A model generated the notes under the pieces. The model was not told the origin of the DNA. It did no database searches and saw only the letters and a program-made list of their open reading frames with translations. The position numbers and the translations under genes were made by a program. Below are positions 27,113-42,579 of a DNA stretch of 64,000 bases, piece after piece. Each line of letters begins with the position of its first letter. Position 1 is the first letter of the stretch. Source of the stretch: the human T2T-CHM13v2.0 reference genome, Homo sapiens; the NCBI RefSeq assembly GCF_009914755.1, contig NC_060944.1; one strand, 5' to 3'.

Positions 27113-28622
27113 CGGAGCAGGTAAGCTTTCTGGGGCACTTGGTCACTCTGCAGGCCTTGCAAGGGACACTCGGCCTTGCTGGGTGAGATAAAAATTCTGT
27201 CTTGCCCTATGCTTATACTTGTTTCAAGCTCAGCTGGCCAACCCCAGGCAGCCTGGCACTTCCCTGCCAGAGTTATGAAGACAACCTTGATTACTAACAT
27301 ACTGTCTTGTTGTCAGAGCCCAAGTCTTGATTTGGGGTTTAGGAATGCTGACTGGTAGGTTCAGAACTGACTTCCATCCCTCTGCACATCTTCGTAAAAT
27401 CGCTGTTCTTTTCAAACTTGTACAGCAGGAGTTAAAGTCCTTTATAGATTTTCTTCCTCCATTTCATTACATACCCATCTGGCAGCATGTGGTTGAAGGT
27501 TATTACTTATGAGTTTAAAATAATAGCTGATGAGCCGTGGTTATCTTTAAGGCTACTAAGCTGCTTTAATATAAATACCTCTTTGCCGAACTCCAAGAAA
27601 CAACGGAGTTGTTTTACTGTTGTTGGAACTGTGAAAATAAATGCATTTCAGAAATCATGTTCTCATTCTACTGAGCCACGAGAAGGAACTGGCCTGCCTG
27701 CCTAAATTTTTTATGGCAAACTAACAATTGCAAAGAGACGCTTTGAAGCCACCTGGGCAGTAGGGATTCACAGGTGCAGCATTCTCCTTCTTTCCCTCCT
27801 ACACCTGAGTCTTTATAGGTTTCTTTTTGAGGGTTATTTAAGCATATTTGTTTAATTTTTAAAAATTTCCACTCCAAAAGCAATATGTGTTTATTACAGA
27901 AAATGCAGAAAAATATTTCAAAAGCCGAGTAGAATATAAAATCTATACCTAATCCCACCACCCAGAACCTATTTTAGATGATTGCACTATGAAATGAAAA
28001 GAATTGAAGGGGAACTGCGATTTCCTCCTAGAAATAAGACCTGCAGCAAGCTTGCAGACAGCACAGCTCTCCTTCCTGGGTGCCAGGCAGACCCTAACTG
28101 CAGCCCCGCACACCTGTCTCGTACAGGTGAGGCAAGGGAGAACCAGAGTGGCCGGGCTTTCCACGTGCCACAACCAAGACAGTGGCACCAATAGGACCAG
28201 AACCAGAGTTTCCTGACTTTCTGTCAAGTTTCCTTCATACAGGACAAATAGGAGTAGGTTTGCCATCATGCAATGACCATTCTTTAGTAAAAGCAGTTGT
28301 TGTGTTTGACTCATCATTTACCTATTATAAGAAGATTGGCCAAAAAAAAAATTATGTTTGGGACAGGAGAATAATTTTGCTCTCTGATAAAATACCTCAG
28401 AAGATGCCCAGGATAATTCATGTGTGGAGGAAGAAAATATTAGAACTTCTGTTTATAATTTTATCTTTAAAAAAAAAACAGAAATCATGTTTTATTAGTA
28501 TTCAAAGCACACGCATGGGTGCCCTCTTGGGTCAGATGGAAGACAGCTGTGCATTCTACATGGCCTCAACACACCATAATGGGACAGTGTCACAGCTTGG
28601 AGGGGTCAACCTTATTAATTAA

Positions 28623-28915
<293 letters not shown>

Positions 28916-29974
28916 CCTTATTAGTTAACTTTGGAACCTACTGCAGCTTTTGTGTATCTGGTTCTGGTTTTAACTAAACTAACCCTCCACAAAATTGACA
29001 TGAGCATTTAACGGATTGTTCAAAAGAAACTACAGAATGCAAAGCCTGGCAAAGCAGACACACATGAACCAGGAAAGGGCAGGGCCAGATCATCTCCTCT
29101 TCCTCAGCCACACTGTAAGTACCATGGTTCGTCTCTCAGCTAAGGTTCCACTGCAGACAGCAGAATCCTCTCTAGCTGGTTTAAACAGAAAGCAATATAC
29201 TGCCAGTTATGGGTGCTTTATACAATTCCTTCAATGGGCTGGAGGAGCAGGCTTTAGACTGCCTTCCACGAAAAATTCAGAAAATGGCTCCGCAGACCTA
29301 GCCAATCTCTGCCACAGTGAGGAATTTGTGGAACTGAGAAACTGCCACAAAAGTTGCCAGCTCCATGACCAATCCTCTCTGGCAAAATCCACACCAGCAA
29401 AATGGGTACACTAAGCCCTGATTTCTGCCCCCTTCTGCTACAGCTGACACCAAATACTGCCACAGCCAGGCTTGCCAGCAAAAGCAAGAAATGCAGTGGA
29501 AGCACCTCCTCAGGGTGTTCCATGGAGTGAGGGAGAGTCCCTCCTCAGGGTGTTTTATAGAGTGGAGGCAGAATCTCCACCTCATGGTGTTCATGTCCAT
29601 CGTCCACGTCCTGCACAGGGCTGTCTCTTTGGATGAAACTCAGTCCCATGTAGAACCTACACTGGACATGAGTCTGGAAATTGTAGTCTTTCCCTTCCCG
29701 GCCTGTGATATTTTGGCTAAATCATGCTACACAGTATCTTGAGTGTGGCTGGCTGAAACAGTCTACAGTATCTCTCATAGCTAACTAATCAACCTTGACC
29801 AGAAGTCAGCCCCCACAAAATGCAAAACTATCAAGAAGACTCTGGAGTTTGTATTTATATCTACTACCAGTGAGGATGATGGTTCTAATAATATACAGGT
29901 CCACAAAACCCTTATCCAAAATCCTAGGAGCAGATGTTGTGGAATTCTATAACTTTTTTCAAATTTTGGGAGGA

Positions 29975-31440
29975 ACCAGACTTACCCTCCCACATGAAAC
30001 AACTAAATAGCTGCCAAAATGTAAGAAACAAATTTTTAAAAAAGATATTAGACATCAGGCAATGAAGGACTGTGATCTTTGAGAGATGGGAAACAAAGAA
30101 GGTGAACCCTGTGGTTGATCCAGCTGACGGCCTTGAGAGAGTTCCCAGGCCACAGCAAGGGGAAGCAGAGCCCACGCAGAGTCCTGAGTGGAGGAGAGGG
30201 AGCCGAGAGTCCGGGGAGACCAAGGCAGGTGGAGTTGTCAGGACAGAGGGAGAGGGAGCTGAGGGTCCGGGGAGACCAAGGCAGGTGGAGTTGTCAGGAC
30301 AGAGTACTGGAGAGGAGAAGGTTGCACAGAGAGAGAAGCTTGGAGATGTGCAGAAGCCTCCCCTGGGAGCATTCAGTTGAGTACTGGTCAGTCCATGTGG
30401 GCAAGGAAACTGCCCAAGACAGGGGAAAGAACCACTCTAAAGGATTAGAAAAAGCATGACAGTGTCTAATACTCACACAAGGCTGGGAACGCTGCCTGTT
30501 CCCACCAGCCAGACTTGAGAACTTTAAGATTAATGAGGCAATAGGTAGGGTACACAAAAGGGACTCATCTCAGTAGCAGGGAATAATTAGTCCTAAACCA
30601 AACATTGCTGCAGTCCGACTTAATAAATCTTGAAAGCAAGACATGAATGTATCAAATGCTTTCCAAGTAACTTATCTACATCTGAAAACAAGTTTAAGAG
30701 TGTTTATAGGAATACTGAAAATTTCCACACCTAACAAAATGATACAATTTCTGATACCTAATCAAAAAATTACTGAGAAGGCAAAGAAACAAGAAAATAC
30801 AACCCATAATGAGGAGAAAAATCAATCAACAAAACCAACCCAGAACTGACTCAGATGTTAGAATTAGCAGACAAGTATGTTGAAACAGCTATTATAACTG
30901 TTACTATAACTGCATTCCATGTGATTAAAAAGTTAAGATGTGGAAAACATATAAAAGACCCAAATCAAACTTTTAGAGATGAAAACTACAATGTCTGAGA
31001 CAAGAACTACCCTGGATGGGCTTAGTTGCAGATTAGACCTCGCTGGGAAAAGGGTAAGTGAACTTGAAGACATAACAATTGAAACTGCCCAAAATAAAAC
31101 ACACAGAGGAAAAAGAATATAAAACCATGAACAGGGTATCAGTGAGGAATGGGACAACTTCAAGTGGCCTAAAGAAATAACGACCAAAATTTTTCCAAAT
31201 TTGATGAAAACTCACAAATCTGAGAAGCTCAGTGAATCTCAAGCATAAAAAAAAATGAAGAAAACTATGCCAAGGCATATCATAATCAAACTACTCAAAA
31301 CCCACAATAAAGAGAAAGTCTTAAAAGCAACAAGAGACACGGGCACATTCTTTACAGACGAATAAGATGAAAATGACAACAGATTTCTCATCAGAAGCAA
31401 TGCAAGCCAGAAAACAGTGGAGCAACATTGTTAAAGTACC
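29975..31440 (+). mobile_element. Old L1 5' region/ORF1 relic
   Basis: ORF 31367.. begins MKMTTDFSSEAMQARKQWSNI, an L1 ORF1p C-terminal motif; upstream ORF1-like A-rich sequence. Confidence 0.7.
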
Positions 31441-31647
31441 ATTATTTTTTCAAATTTTAGAATGCATTGATTATATATTATGTAACAGCTCCGGACTAAT
31501 AAACATGGCATACCCCCCCATATTACATACACCATCCTACCCATGCCAACCAACATTTCTTGAGTTATTCTGTATCTCATTATTTAACTATTTAATTTCT
31601 CTATTGCCTTACTGTCTTCCAACTGATAGCCTTGCGTATAGCCCCAA

Positions 31648-32026
31648 TGCTGTGGACTGAATTATGTCCTCTCACCAAATGTATATGTTGAAGCTCTAAC
31701 CCCCTATGTGACTGTATCTGGACATACAGTCTTTAGAAGGTAATTAAGATTTAATGAGATCATAAGGATGGGACTCTTAGGAGAGAAAGAGACAGATGTC
31801 ACTCTCTCTCTGTCTCTGATTCTCTCTCTATCTCTCTCTCTGTCATGTGAGGACACAGCAGGAAGGTGGCCATCTACAAACTAGAAAGAGAGCCCTCACC
31901 AGAACCTAACTATGTTATCACCTTGATCTTGGACTTTCAGCCTCCAGAAGAGTGAGAAATACATTTCTGTTGTTTAAGCCACCCAATCTATAGCATTTTG
32001 TTATGTCAGCCTGAGCAGGCTAAGAG
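31648..32026 (+). mobile_element. MaLR LTR (MLT1A-like)
   Basis: TGCTGTGGACTGAATTATGTCC...GGACTTTCAGCCTCCAGAA...TTTCTGTTGTTTAAGCCACCC. Confidence 0.75.
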
Positions 32027-32324
32027 ATTTACACCCCAAGTTTGTTGCTTCTTTATATCCCCGCAATTCAGTAGGCTGCGGTGTAGGCAAACAGAGGGTG
32101 TTTTGCTCTTTCCAATGGCAGATGGTCATTCTGTCCAAGGCCCATGGTACCCACTGGACACGTCTGTGTAGCAGTGATGGGAATGGCATCCATGTCAGAA
32201 CCTGGATCCAGTCCCGGGTTCTAACATTATACCAGCCTTAAGTTCATTCTCTAGGCATAAAGGTAGTGTCCTCATTCTCACCAAACCGAGTAACATGAGT
32301 GAAAATGAGAGAGCACCTCGTGGG

Positions 32325-33088
32325 TGTCTTAGTCTGTTTTGTGTTGCTGTAGTAGAATACCTGAGACTGGGGAATTTGTAAAGACGAGGTTTATTGAGCT
32401 CACAGTTCTGCAAGCTGGGGAGTTCAACAGTGGCATGACCCTGGCTTCTGGTGAGAGCTTCTCTGCTACGTCATAACATGGTGGGGAAGGTCAAAGGGGA
32501 AATGGAGACCTGCAAAGACAGTGCCAAGGGGCACTCTGGCTTTAAAACAAACTGATCCTGAGGGAATGAATCCACTCCCGTGAGAACCAATTCAGTTTCT
32601 CCAGAGCAAGTACTCACTCACTACCATGAGAATGGCACCAGCTATTCATGAGGCATCTGCCCCCACTACCCAAATACTTCCCACTGGGCCCCACCTCCCA
32701 ACACTGCCACATTAGGGATCAAATTTCAACATGAGAGCGAGTGCAGTGGCTCGTGCCTATAATTCCAGCACTTTGGGAGACTCAGCAGGGAGGATCACTT
32801 GAGCCCAGGCATTCAAGAGGAGCCTGGGCAACATAGTGAGACCCCATCTCTACAAAAAAAAAAAAAAAAAAAAATTAGCAGGGTGTCTTGGTGCATGCAT
32901 GTACTCCTAGCTACTTTAGTGGCTGAGGTGAGAGGATCACTCAAACCTGGGAGGCAGAGGCTGCATTGAGCCAAGATTGCACCACTGCACTCCCCAGCCT
33001 GGGTGACAGAGTGAGACCCCATCTCAAAAAAAAAAAAAAAAAATCAACATGAGTTTTGTTGGGGAAAAAGAAACCATAAACCATAGCA
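32325..33088 (-). mobile_element. MaLR LTR (MST-type) interrupted by an Alu
   Basis: TGTCTTAGTCTGTTTTGTGTTGCTGTA...GGCCCCACCTCCCAACACTGCCACATT...AACCATAGCA. Confidence 0.75.
32736..33043 (+). mobile_element. Alu (AluJ-type) with expanded central A-tract
   Basis: Dimeric Alu; TSD core TCAACATGAG on both sides. Confidence 0.9.
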
Positions 33089-33144
33089 GTGGGGGTCCTT
33101 CAAACCTTGCTGAGTGATGCTTTCTTATACAAGCCTTGGTTTTT

Positions 33145-35824
<2,680 letters not shown>

Positions 35825-37996
35825 TGATTCCTCTAAGCCTTGTTTCCCTTATCTGTAAAAGGGGCCTTATAATTATTCCCTGGGGTGTCTTTGAAAACTA
35901 AAGGAGGTGCTGTACAGGAAGCTTTCAGATCTGAATCACCCCTGGAGGGACTGTTCCACAGTCCCTGGGCTGCACAGCTCCTCTCTCTGCCCTGGGATTG
36001 CACTGCTGCAGGCCCCAAACGTCTTCAACCTGGCACTGTGCGTGCTGCTCAGCGGTGTCCCCAGCACACACCCAGACAGCTGTGCACAGTGACAGATGGC
36101 AGAGCCCCAGCATGGCCTCAGCCATTTTCACTTCTCTTTTAAAGATACTTTTTGTCACCTTCTTCGCAAACCTTAAGTTGTGTTTTGTGACTTATTGTTC
36201 ACTCTATCTAGTAATTTGGGGAGAAGAGGGCACCAAATGCCACCAACGATGCCCCTGCAGCTGCTAATAGGTGCCACTCTTTGGATCCCACGGTACCCTC
36301 TTGGCCCCAGCGGCTCTGACAGCTGCTGGGGCACTGTCTGCCAGGCCAGGATACGTGCTGAAGGCTCTGAGGGCAGAATAGAGCCCAGCGCAGTCACGCT
36401 GGGATCCCAGAGTTTCACGGCATTAATAATCTATAGTTCAATCATTAGGAGCAAATCCAAGTGAAATAGGAAAATGTACACCACGCTGGAGGCCGTGAGG
36501 CTGCTGGGAGAAAGGCTTCTCTGCTCCTTGGCAGGCTTAATGATTAGTTCCCAGCCACTAGCAGCCCCAGCTGACAAACGGCGCCTGCAAGCTGTAGGCT
36601 TTCTGCATGTGATAATTGACAAATGCTGGAAGTCATTCAGGATATTCACATGGACTGGCTACCAGGGATCTGCTGGGCTTTTCAGGCCCCCAACTCAAAC
36701 CCTCTCTTGTACCAGGAAGGACGTCCCTTCTTGGGTCAATCGTTGCCCTCAGGACAGATCTGCAAGTGGATCTTATGCAGGGTGCCTCCAAGGCTGCTGG
36801 AGTCCTGGGGAGGATTTGACACATGAACGAATGTGACCCCACTCTCTTTTTCCAATTATGTGTTGGATTGAAGTGCCAACTTAGGCCTGTATTGCAACAG
36901 CTCAATCTGCAGCACACTAAGTAGGAAGAGATCTGAAGCAGAGAAGCATTTTTAATTTCAGAGTTTTTAAAAAAATCATTCATTTCAAGAGGTTATTGGA
37001 TAAAGCATTTTTAAAAGGTTTTATTTATATTCTTCTTGGTCATAAGCATTAGTCAGGAATATTGTCTGCAAGTGACAGAAGCCCAGCTGAAACCAGCGGA
37101 CACTGGGAGGAGACTTTCGTGTCTCCCACAGCTAAACCGAGGAGTGCAGGGCTGGCACCGGAGGCATGATTTGAAACGCCGTTGGCCCTTTGTCCCTGCT
37201 TCCTTCTCTGGGATTGGCCTCCCCTGATGGTGGAAATCATGGGGAGTCCCAGGCTTATGCATCTTACAGCTTGCTATTTAGAGGATAGAGCACCCTCTCT
37301 TGCCTAGTGCCACCTTGAAAAGTTCCTGGGGAAGGACTCCAAACAGCCTGGCTCCCATGATGTGTCTGCCCACTTAGACCATCAGCATGGCCATGTCCCA
37401 GCCCTGAGGCCAGGGGGCAAGGCTGCTTGGGGGTCAGGAGGGATCCTGGGCAGACAAAAAGCTTTCCTTAAACATCAGTTACTTACTGGATGTATTCACA
37501 GACTTTCAGCCTCTCTGGGTTCCCTGAGTGGTTTTGGCTCCTCCTTCCACTTCTGGTATTGCATAAAATCCTCCACCACAGTTCATAACATCTGGCTCCC
37601 AAGAGGCCACATGATGCAGGGCAGAAATGCAGGGTGTAATTCTCTGTGGATAGGAAGGAGCCGGAGAAGACAAAACCCTTGTCTCCGCCTCCCATTGGCT
37701 GTCCCAAGACCCTGATTCTCTATACAGCCTGTCCTAAGTTATCCCTCATGGCTGAGTGAGTTCTCCTAGCGTGAAGCAGTGGCCTGCCCATAATACATAG
37801 TTCTGCATTGCTCCCCATCTTCCAGGAATAATGAGAAGCTCCTAAAAGCTTCCAGTGAGTAAAGCAGGTCACTTAGAAAGGAACTAGAATCAAACTGGTG
37901 TCAGATTTTTGAATAGCAACCTCAGAACCTAAGAGATAATGAGGCAATGTCTTCAAAAGTCTGAAAGGAAATAATTCCAAACAATAATTCTATTAC

Positions 37997-38366
37997 TGAT
38001 ATGGTTTGGATTTGTGTCCCCACCCAAATCTCATGTTGAATTGCAATCCCCATTGTTGGAAGAGGGGCCTGGTGGGAGGTGATTGTTTCATGGGGGCGGA
38101 TTTTCCCCTTGCTGTTCTTGTAATAGTGAGTTCTCATGAGATGTGGTTGTTTAAAAGTGCGTAGCACCTCCCCTTCTCTCTTCCTCCTGCTCTGGCCATG
38201 TAAGACATGCCTGCTTCCCTTCAACCATGACTGAAAGTTTCCTGAGGCCTCCCTAGATATGCTTCCTGTATAGCCTGTGCAACTGTGAGCCAATTAAACC
38301 TCTTTTCTTTGTAAATTACCCAGTTTCTGGTCTTTCTTTATAGCAGTGCAAGAATGGACTAATACA
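37997..38366 (+). mobile_element. MaLR solo LTR (MSTA/THE1-type)
   Basis: TGATATGGTTTGG...GAATGGACTAATACA with TG..CA ends; 5-bp TSD ATTAC at 37992-37996 and 38367-38371. Confidence 0.88.
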
Positions 38367-38950
38367 ATTACCATCCATCAAGTAAGAACCAATGGGATAG
38401 GACTATTAGTGCTCATAAATGAAGGAGAAATAGTATGACTAGAATATCATCATTTTCCAGAACCCCCTAGGGAATCATGGACATGGGTATGGAGCATCAG
38501 TGGCTGCTGATATAGAAAAGGAGGCAGCCAGACCTCATGCAGTCCTTGGTGGGAAAACACACCACCTGCGAAAAACAAGCCAAATTGAACCTGAGTCTGA
38601 CTAGGACTGTTGATCTACCACCAATATGTAGGAAACCGAGAGGATAGAGGAACATGTAAAACATGTAAAACACAGAGCTGAAGTATATTAAATTCAGAGT
38701 GGGAAACTATGTGACAAACAGCCTGATTCCCTCAACAAATAAATTGCAAGAAATAAAACTTGCAATGGAGGGGGGCCTATGAATTGGCATAGTTTTTAAA
38801 AACATATCACCCTATTTGGATCCTGATTCAGATAAACTGTTAAACAAAAATCTGTGCCATTTATGAGGTGATTGGAAATTTGAAACCTGGAGAGTTAATG
38901 ATGATAAGCAATTATGATTAATTTTTTTAGCAGTAAAGATGGTATTTCAG

Positions 38951-40352
38951 ATATATAGATATATATATTATATATATGTAATATATATAATATATGTAAT
39001 ATATTATATATATGTAATATATATAATATATGTAATATATTATATATATGTAATATATATAATATATGTAATATATATTATATATGTAATATATATAATA
39101 TATGTAATATATATTATATATGTAATATATATAATATATGTAATATATATTATATATGTAATATATAATATATGTAATATATATTATATATGTAATATAA
39201 TATATGTAATATATATTATATATGTAATATATATTACATATATTATATATGCAATATATATTATATATATTATATATGCAATATATATTATATATATTAT
39301 ATATGCAATATATATTATATATATTATATATGCAATATATATTATATATGCAATATATATTATATATATTATATATGCAATATATATTATATATATTACA
39401 TATGTAATATATATTACATATGTAATATATAATATATTATATATTACATATGTAATATATAATATATATTACATATGTAATATATTATATATTACATATG
39501 TAATATATTATATATTACATATGTAATATATTATATATTACATATGTAATATATTATATATTACATATGTAATATATTATATATTACATATGTAATATAT
39601 ATTATATATTACATATGTAATATATAATATATTATATATGTAATATATATTACATATATAATATATATAATATATATGTAATATATTATATATATTATAT
39701 ATGTAATATATATTACATATATAATATATATTATATATATTACATATATTATATATGTAATATATATTACATATGTAATATATGTAATATATATTACATA
39801 TGTAATATATATTATATATGTAATATATATTACATATATTATATATGTAATATATATTATATATATTATATATGTAATGTATAATATATATATTATATAT
39901 GTAATATATATTATATATAATATATGTAATATATATTATATATGTAATGTATATTATATATATTATATATGTAATGTATATTATATATAATATATGTAAT
40001 GTATATTATATATGTAATATATATTATATATATTATATATGTAATATATATTATATATATTATATATGTAATATATATTATATATATTATATATGTAATA
40101 TATATTATATATATTATATATGTAATATATATTATATATATTATATATGTAATATATATTATATATATTATATATGTAATATATATTATATATATTATAT
40201 ATGTAATATATATTATATATATTATATATGTAATATATATTATATATATTATATATGTAATATATATTATATATATTATATATGTAATATATATTATATA
40301 TATTATATATGTAATATATATTATATATATTATATATGTAATATATATATAT
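38951..40352. repeat. ~1.4 kb AT-rich minisatellite (TATATATGTAA family; distal block of 27-bp units)
   Basis: Read directly; distal unit GTAATATATATTATATATATTATATAT repeated about 12 times; sits within an old L1 3' relic. Confidence 0.97.
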
Positions 40353-41566
40353 TTAAAAACAGAACCATTATCTTTTAGAGATACATACTGAAGTGTCTGG
40401 AGACATGCTTCAAGATAACCCAGGAGGGAGAATGGTAGAAGGAACTAGAGATGACCCAAGACTGCCCTTGAGCTAATAACTGTTTTAATTGGGTAATGGA
40501 TGATGGGAACTCATTATAGGTATATTTCTAACTTAAACATAATTTAAAATTCTCATAATAAGGAGTTATTTTTGAGAAGCAACCAAAGTTGTAAACTAAG
40601 AAGGAGTAAGGAAGGGGCTGTGGCACTGAGGGGCAATGTAGAGAAGTCCCAGCTGCCAAGAGGACAGCCAGGTGGGCCAAAGAGGAGAGGAGGGAGGGGT
40701 CCTGGACACAATTAATTACTTGGATTATTTGAAATGTTTACATGGAAAATAATTTTGAAGGGTGCTTTACAGAGCTGCTGGAACAGTTTGAAAAAAATTA
40801 TACTAGATACATTAAAAACTAACAAAAATAGGGCAGTTATTAATTCTAAGAAAAGTTAAAAGTTATACAAGAAAGGCCTGTGATTAATATTGCATTGTTA
40901 AAATAATGTAATCACAGAATTCAAATTTAACCAAAAAACTGTGATACAAACTATTTGGGAAATTGGGAGAGAGAGAAGTGAGGGTTTGTGTTTTAAAAAG
41001 ATAAAACTTCATTTATCATAACAAGGTGTCAATAGTTATGCCGAAAGTTAATAAATGAGAGTGTCTGGTGATTCTCTTCAAAATAACCTAGGAGGGAGAA
41101 GAGTAGGAGGAGCTAGCAATGACACAACATGGGCCATGAGTCGTTAACTGTTGAAACTGGGTGATAGGTGATGGTAACTTATATAAGTAATCATATTTAT
41201 GTCAACAATCATTCAAAAAGTATCTGATAATCTCTGAATTACTTAACACTCTGGTTGCAAGAAACAGAAATCAACCAAAGCTATAGATTTAAGGTAAAAA
41301 GGAGAATCCATTGTGAAGTTTCATGGTTGTATCTAACAGGACAAAGGGCAGAGATAAGACTAGGTTTTGGGAAGGAACCACAGCAGGACAGACAAGGTAG
41401 GGAGAGATCATGCAGTGGCTGCTTCTTTCTCTTGCAGACTGGCTTTCTCTGCTTCCCCCACAGCTCCCATGTTTACGTTGCAAGCCCCAAAACCCATAGA
41501 AATTATCCAGATGTACGTTGGTCCCAACTCCAGTTTCCTTGGAGAGTGATTGATAGGTATGGCTTG

Positions 41567-42113
41567 GTGAGACAGTTTCAAACTATGACTGCAAACCATT
41601 TGGCCCTCCTCCCAGAAAGAGTGTAAGGTGTATGTCCCCTGCCCTTGAACCTGGGCAAGCTTGTGATTGCTTGCTTTTACCAATAGAGTTTGGCAGAAGT
41701 GAGACCATGTGACTTCTAGGACTGGCTTATAGAAGGCCATGCAGTGTCCAACTTGTTTGCTAGAATATTCCCTCTGAATTTCCTGGCCTGACATATAAGA
41801 AGTCTAACTATCCTCAGACCACCATGCTGTGAGGAAGCCCAAGCCACATGGACAGGCCATACAGGCACTCTAGCAAGTGTCCCAGCTGAGCCAAGCCTTC
41901 AAGTCATCCCAACCCAGGTGCTAGACATGTGAGTGAAGAAGCTTCCAGATGGTTTCAGCCACAGTCATCTGAGTGGCCCCCAGTCACTCATTGTTCCATC
42001 TGATACCCCTGTCATCATGGAGCAGAGCCAAGTGATCGTAAGCATAATAAAATGGCTGTTGCTCTATGCTACTGAGTTTTGGAGTGGTTGTTGCACATTA
42101 ATACATAACTGAA
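41567..42113 (+). mobile_element. MaLR LTR (MLT1G-like)
   Basis: TATGTCCCCTGCCCTTGAACCTGGGC...CCATGCTGTGAGGAAGCCCAAG...ATAACTGAAA. Confidence 0.7.
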
Positions 42114-42566
42114 ATGCTCGGATCAAATGACGTTCCCTGTTTCCTGACATGAAGTCCCAACATGACTGTTGGGGGCCTACCCCCACAAAGAGAGAGGGAT
42201 GGCAGGGGGTTGAGCGGATTCCAACAAACCTCAAGGCCTTCACTCCATTTCTGAGCCTGATTTCACAGCAGCCTGTTGCCTATCTGGGTGCAGGAAAGGA
42301 GGTATGGACTGAGAACTCTTGACCTCCTGTATCTAAGCCCCCTTCTCAATTCTTGTTCTCCCACATAGTAAGCCAGTGTAAAGGAGGAAAGAGGGAAGTG
42401 GTATATATTTGCCGTGGTAAATGGTATCATTAACTCCCTTCCCTTCCAGTCCCATGGTGGTCTTCCAGCAGAAACAGTTACCAAGAAATGGGAACTACCC
42501 TCAGAGTTCTGGCATCTTCCTTCTGTGGCCTCTCAAGAACAGAAGAGATCATTAGAGGGTCCTCGT

Positions 42567-42579
42567 GTTGCCTAGCAAC
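42567..42579. promoter_or_regulatory. RFX X-box motif GTTGCCTAGCAAC
   Basis: Exact match to GTNRCC-N(0-3)-RGYAAC in apparently non-repetitive sequence; binding is not shown. Confidence 0.5.

Noticed and set aside
30193-30304. Direct repeats and tandem arrays considered as CRISPR-like
   Set aside because: No unique spacers and no cas genes; this is human intronic DNA with ordinary tandem repeats.
38939-40391. YI-rich ORFs
   Set aside because: Translations of the AT-rich minisatellite.
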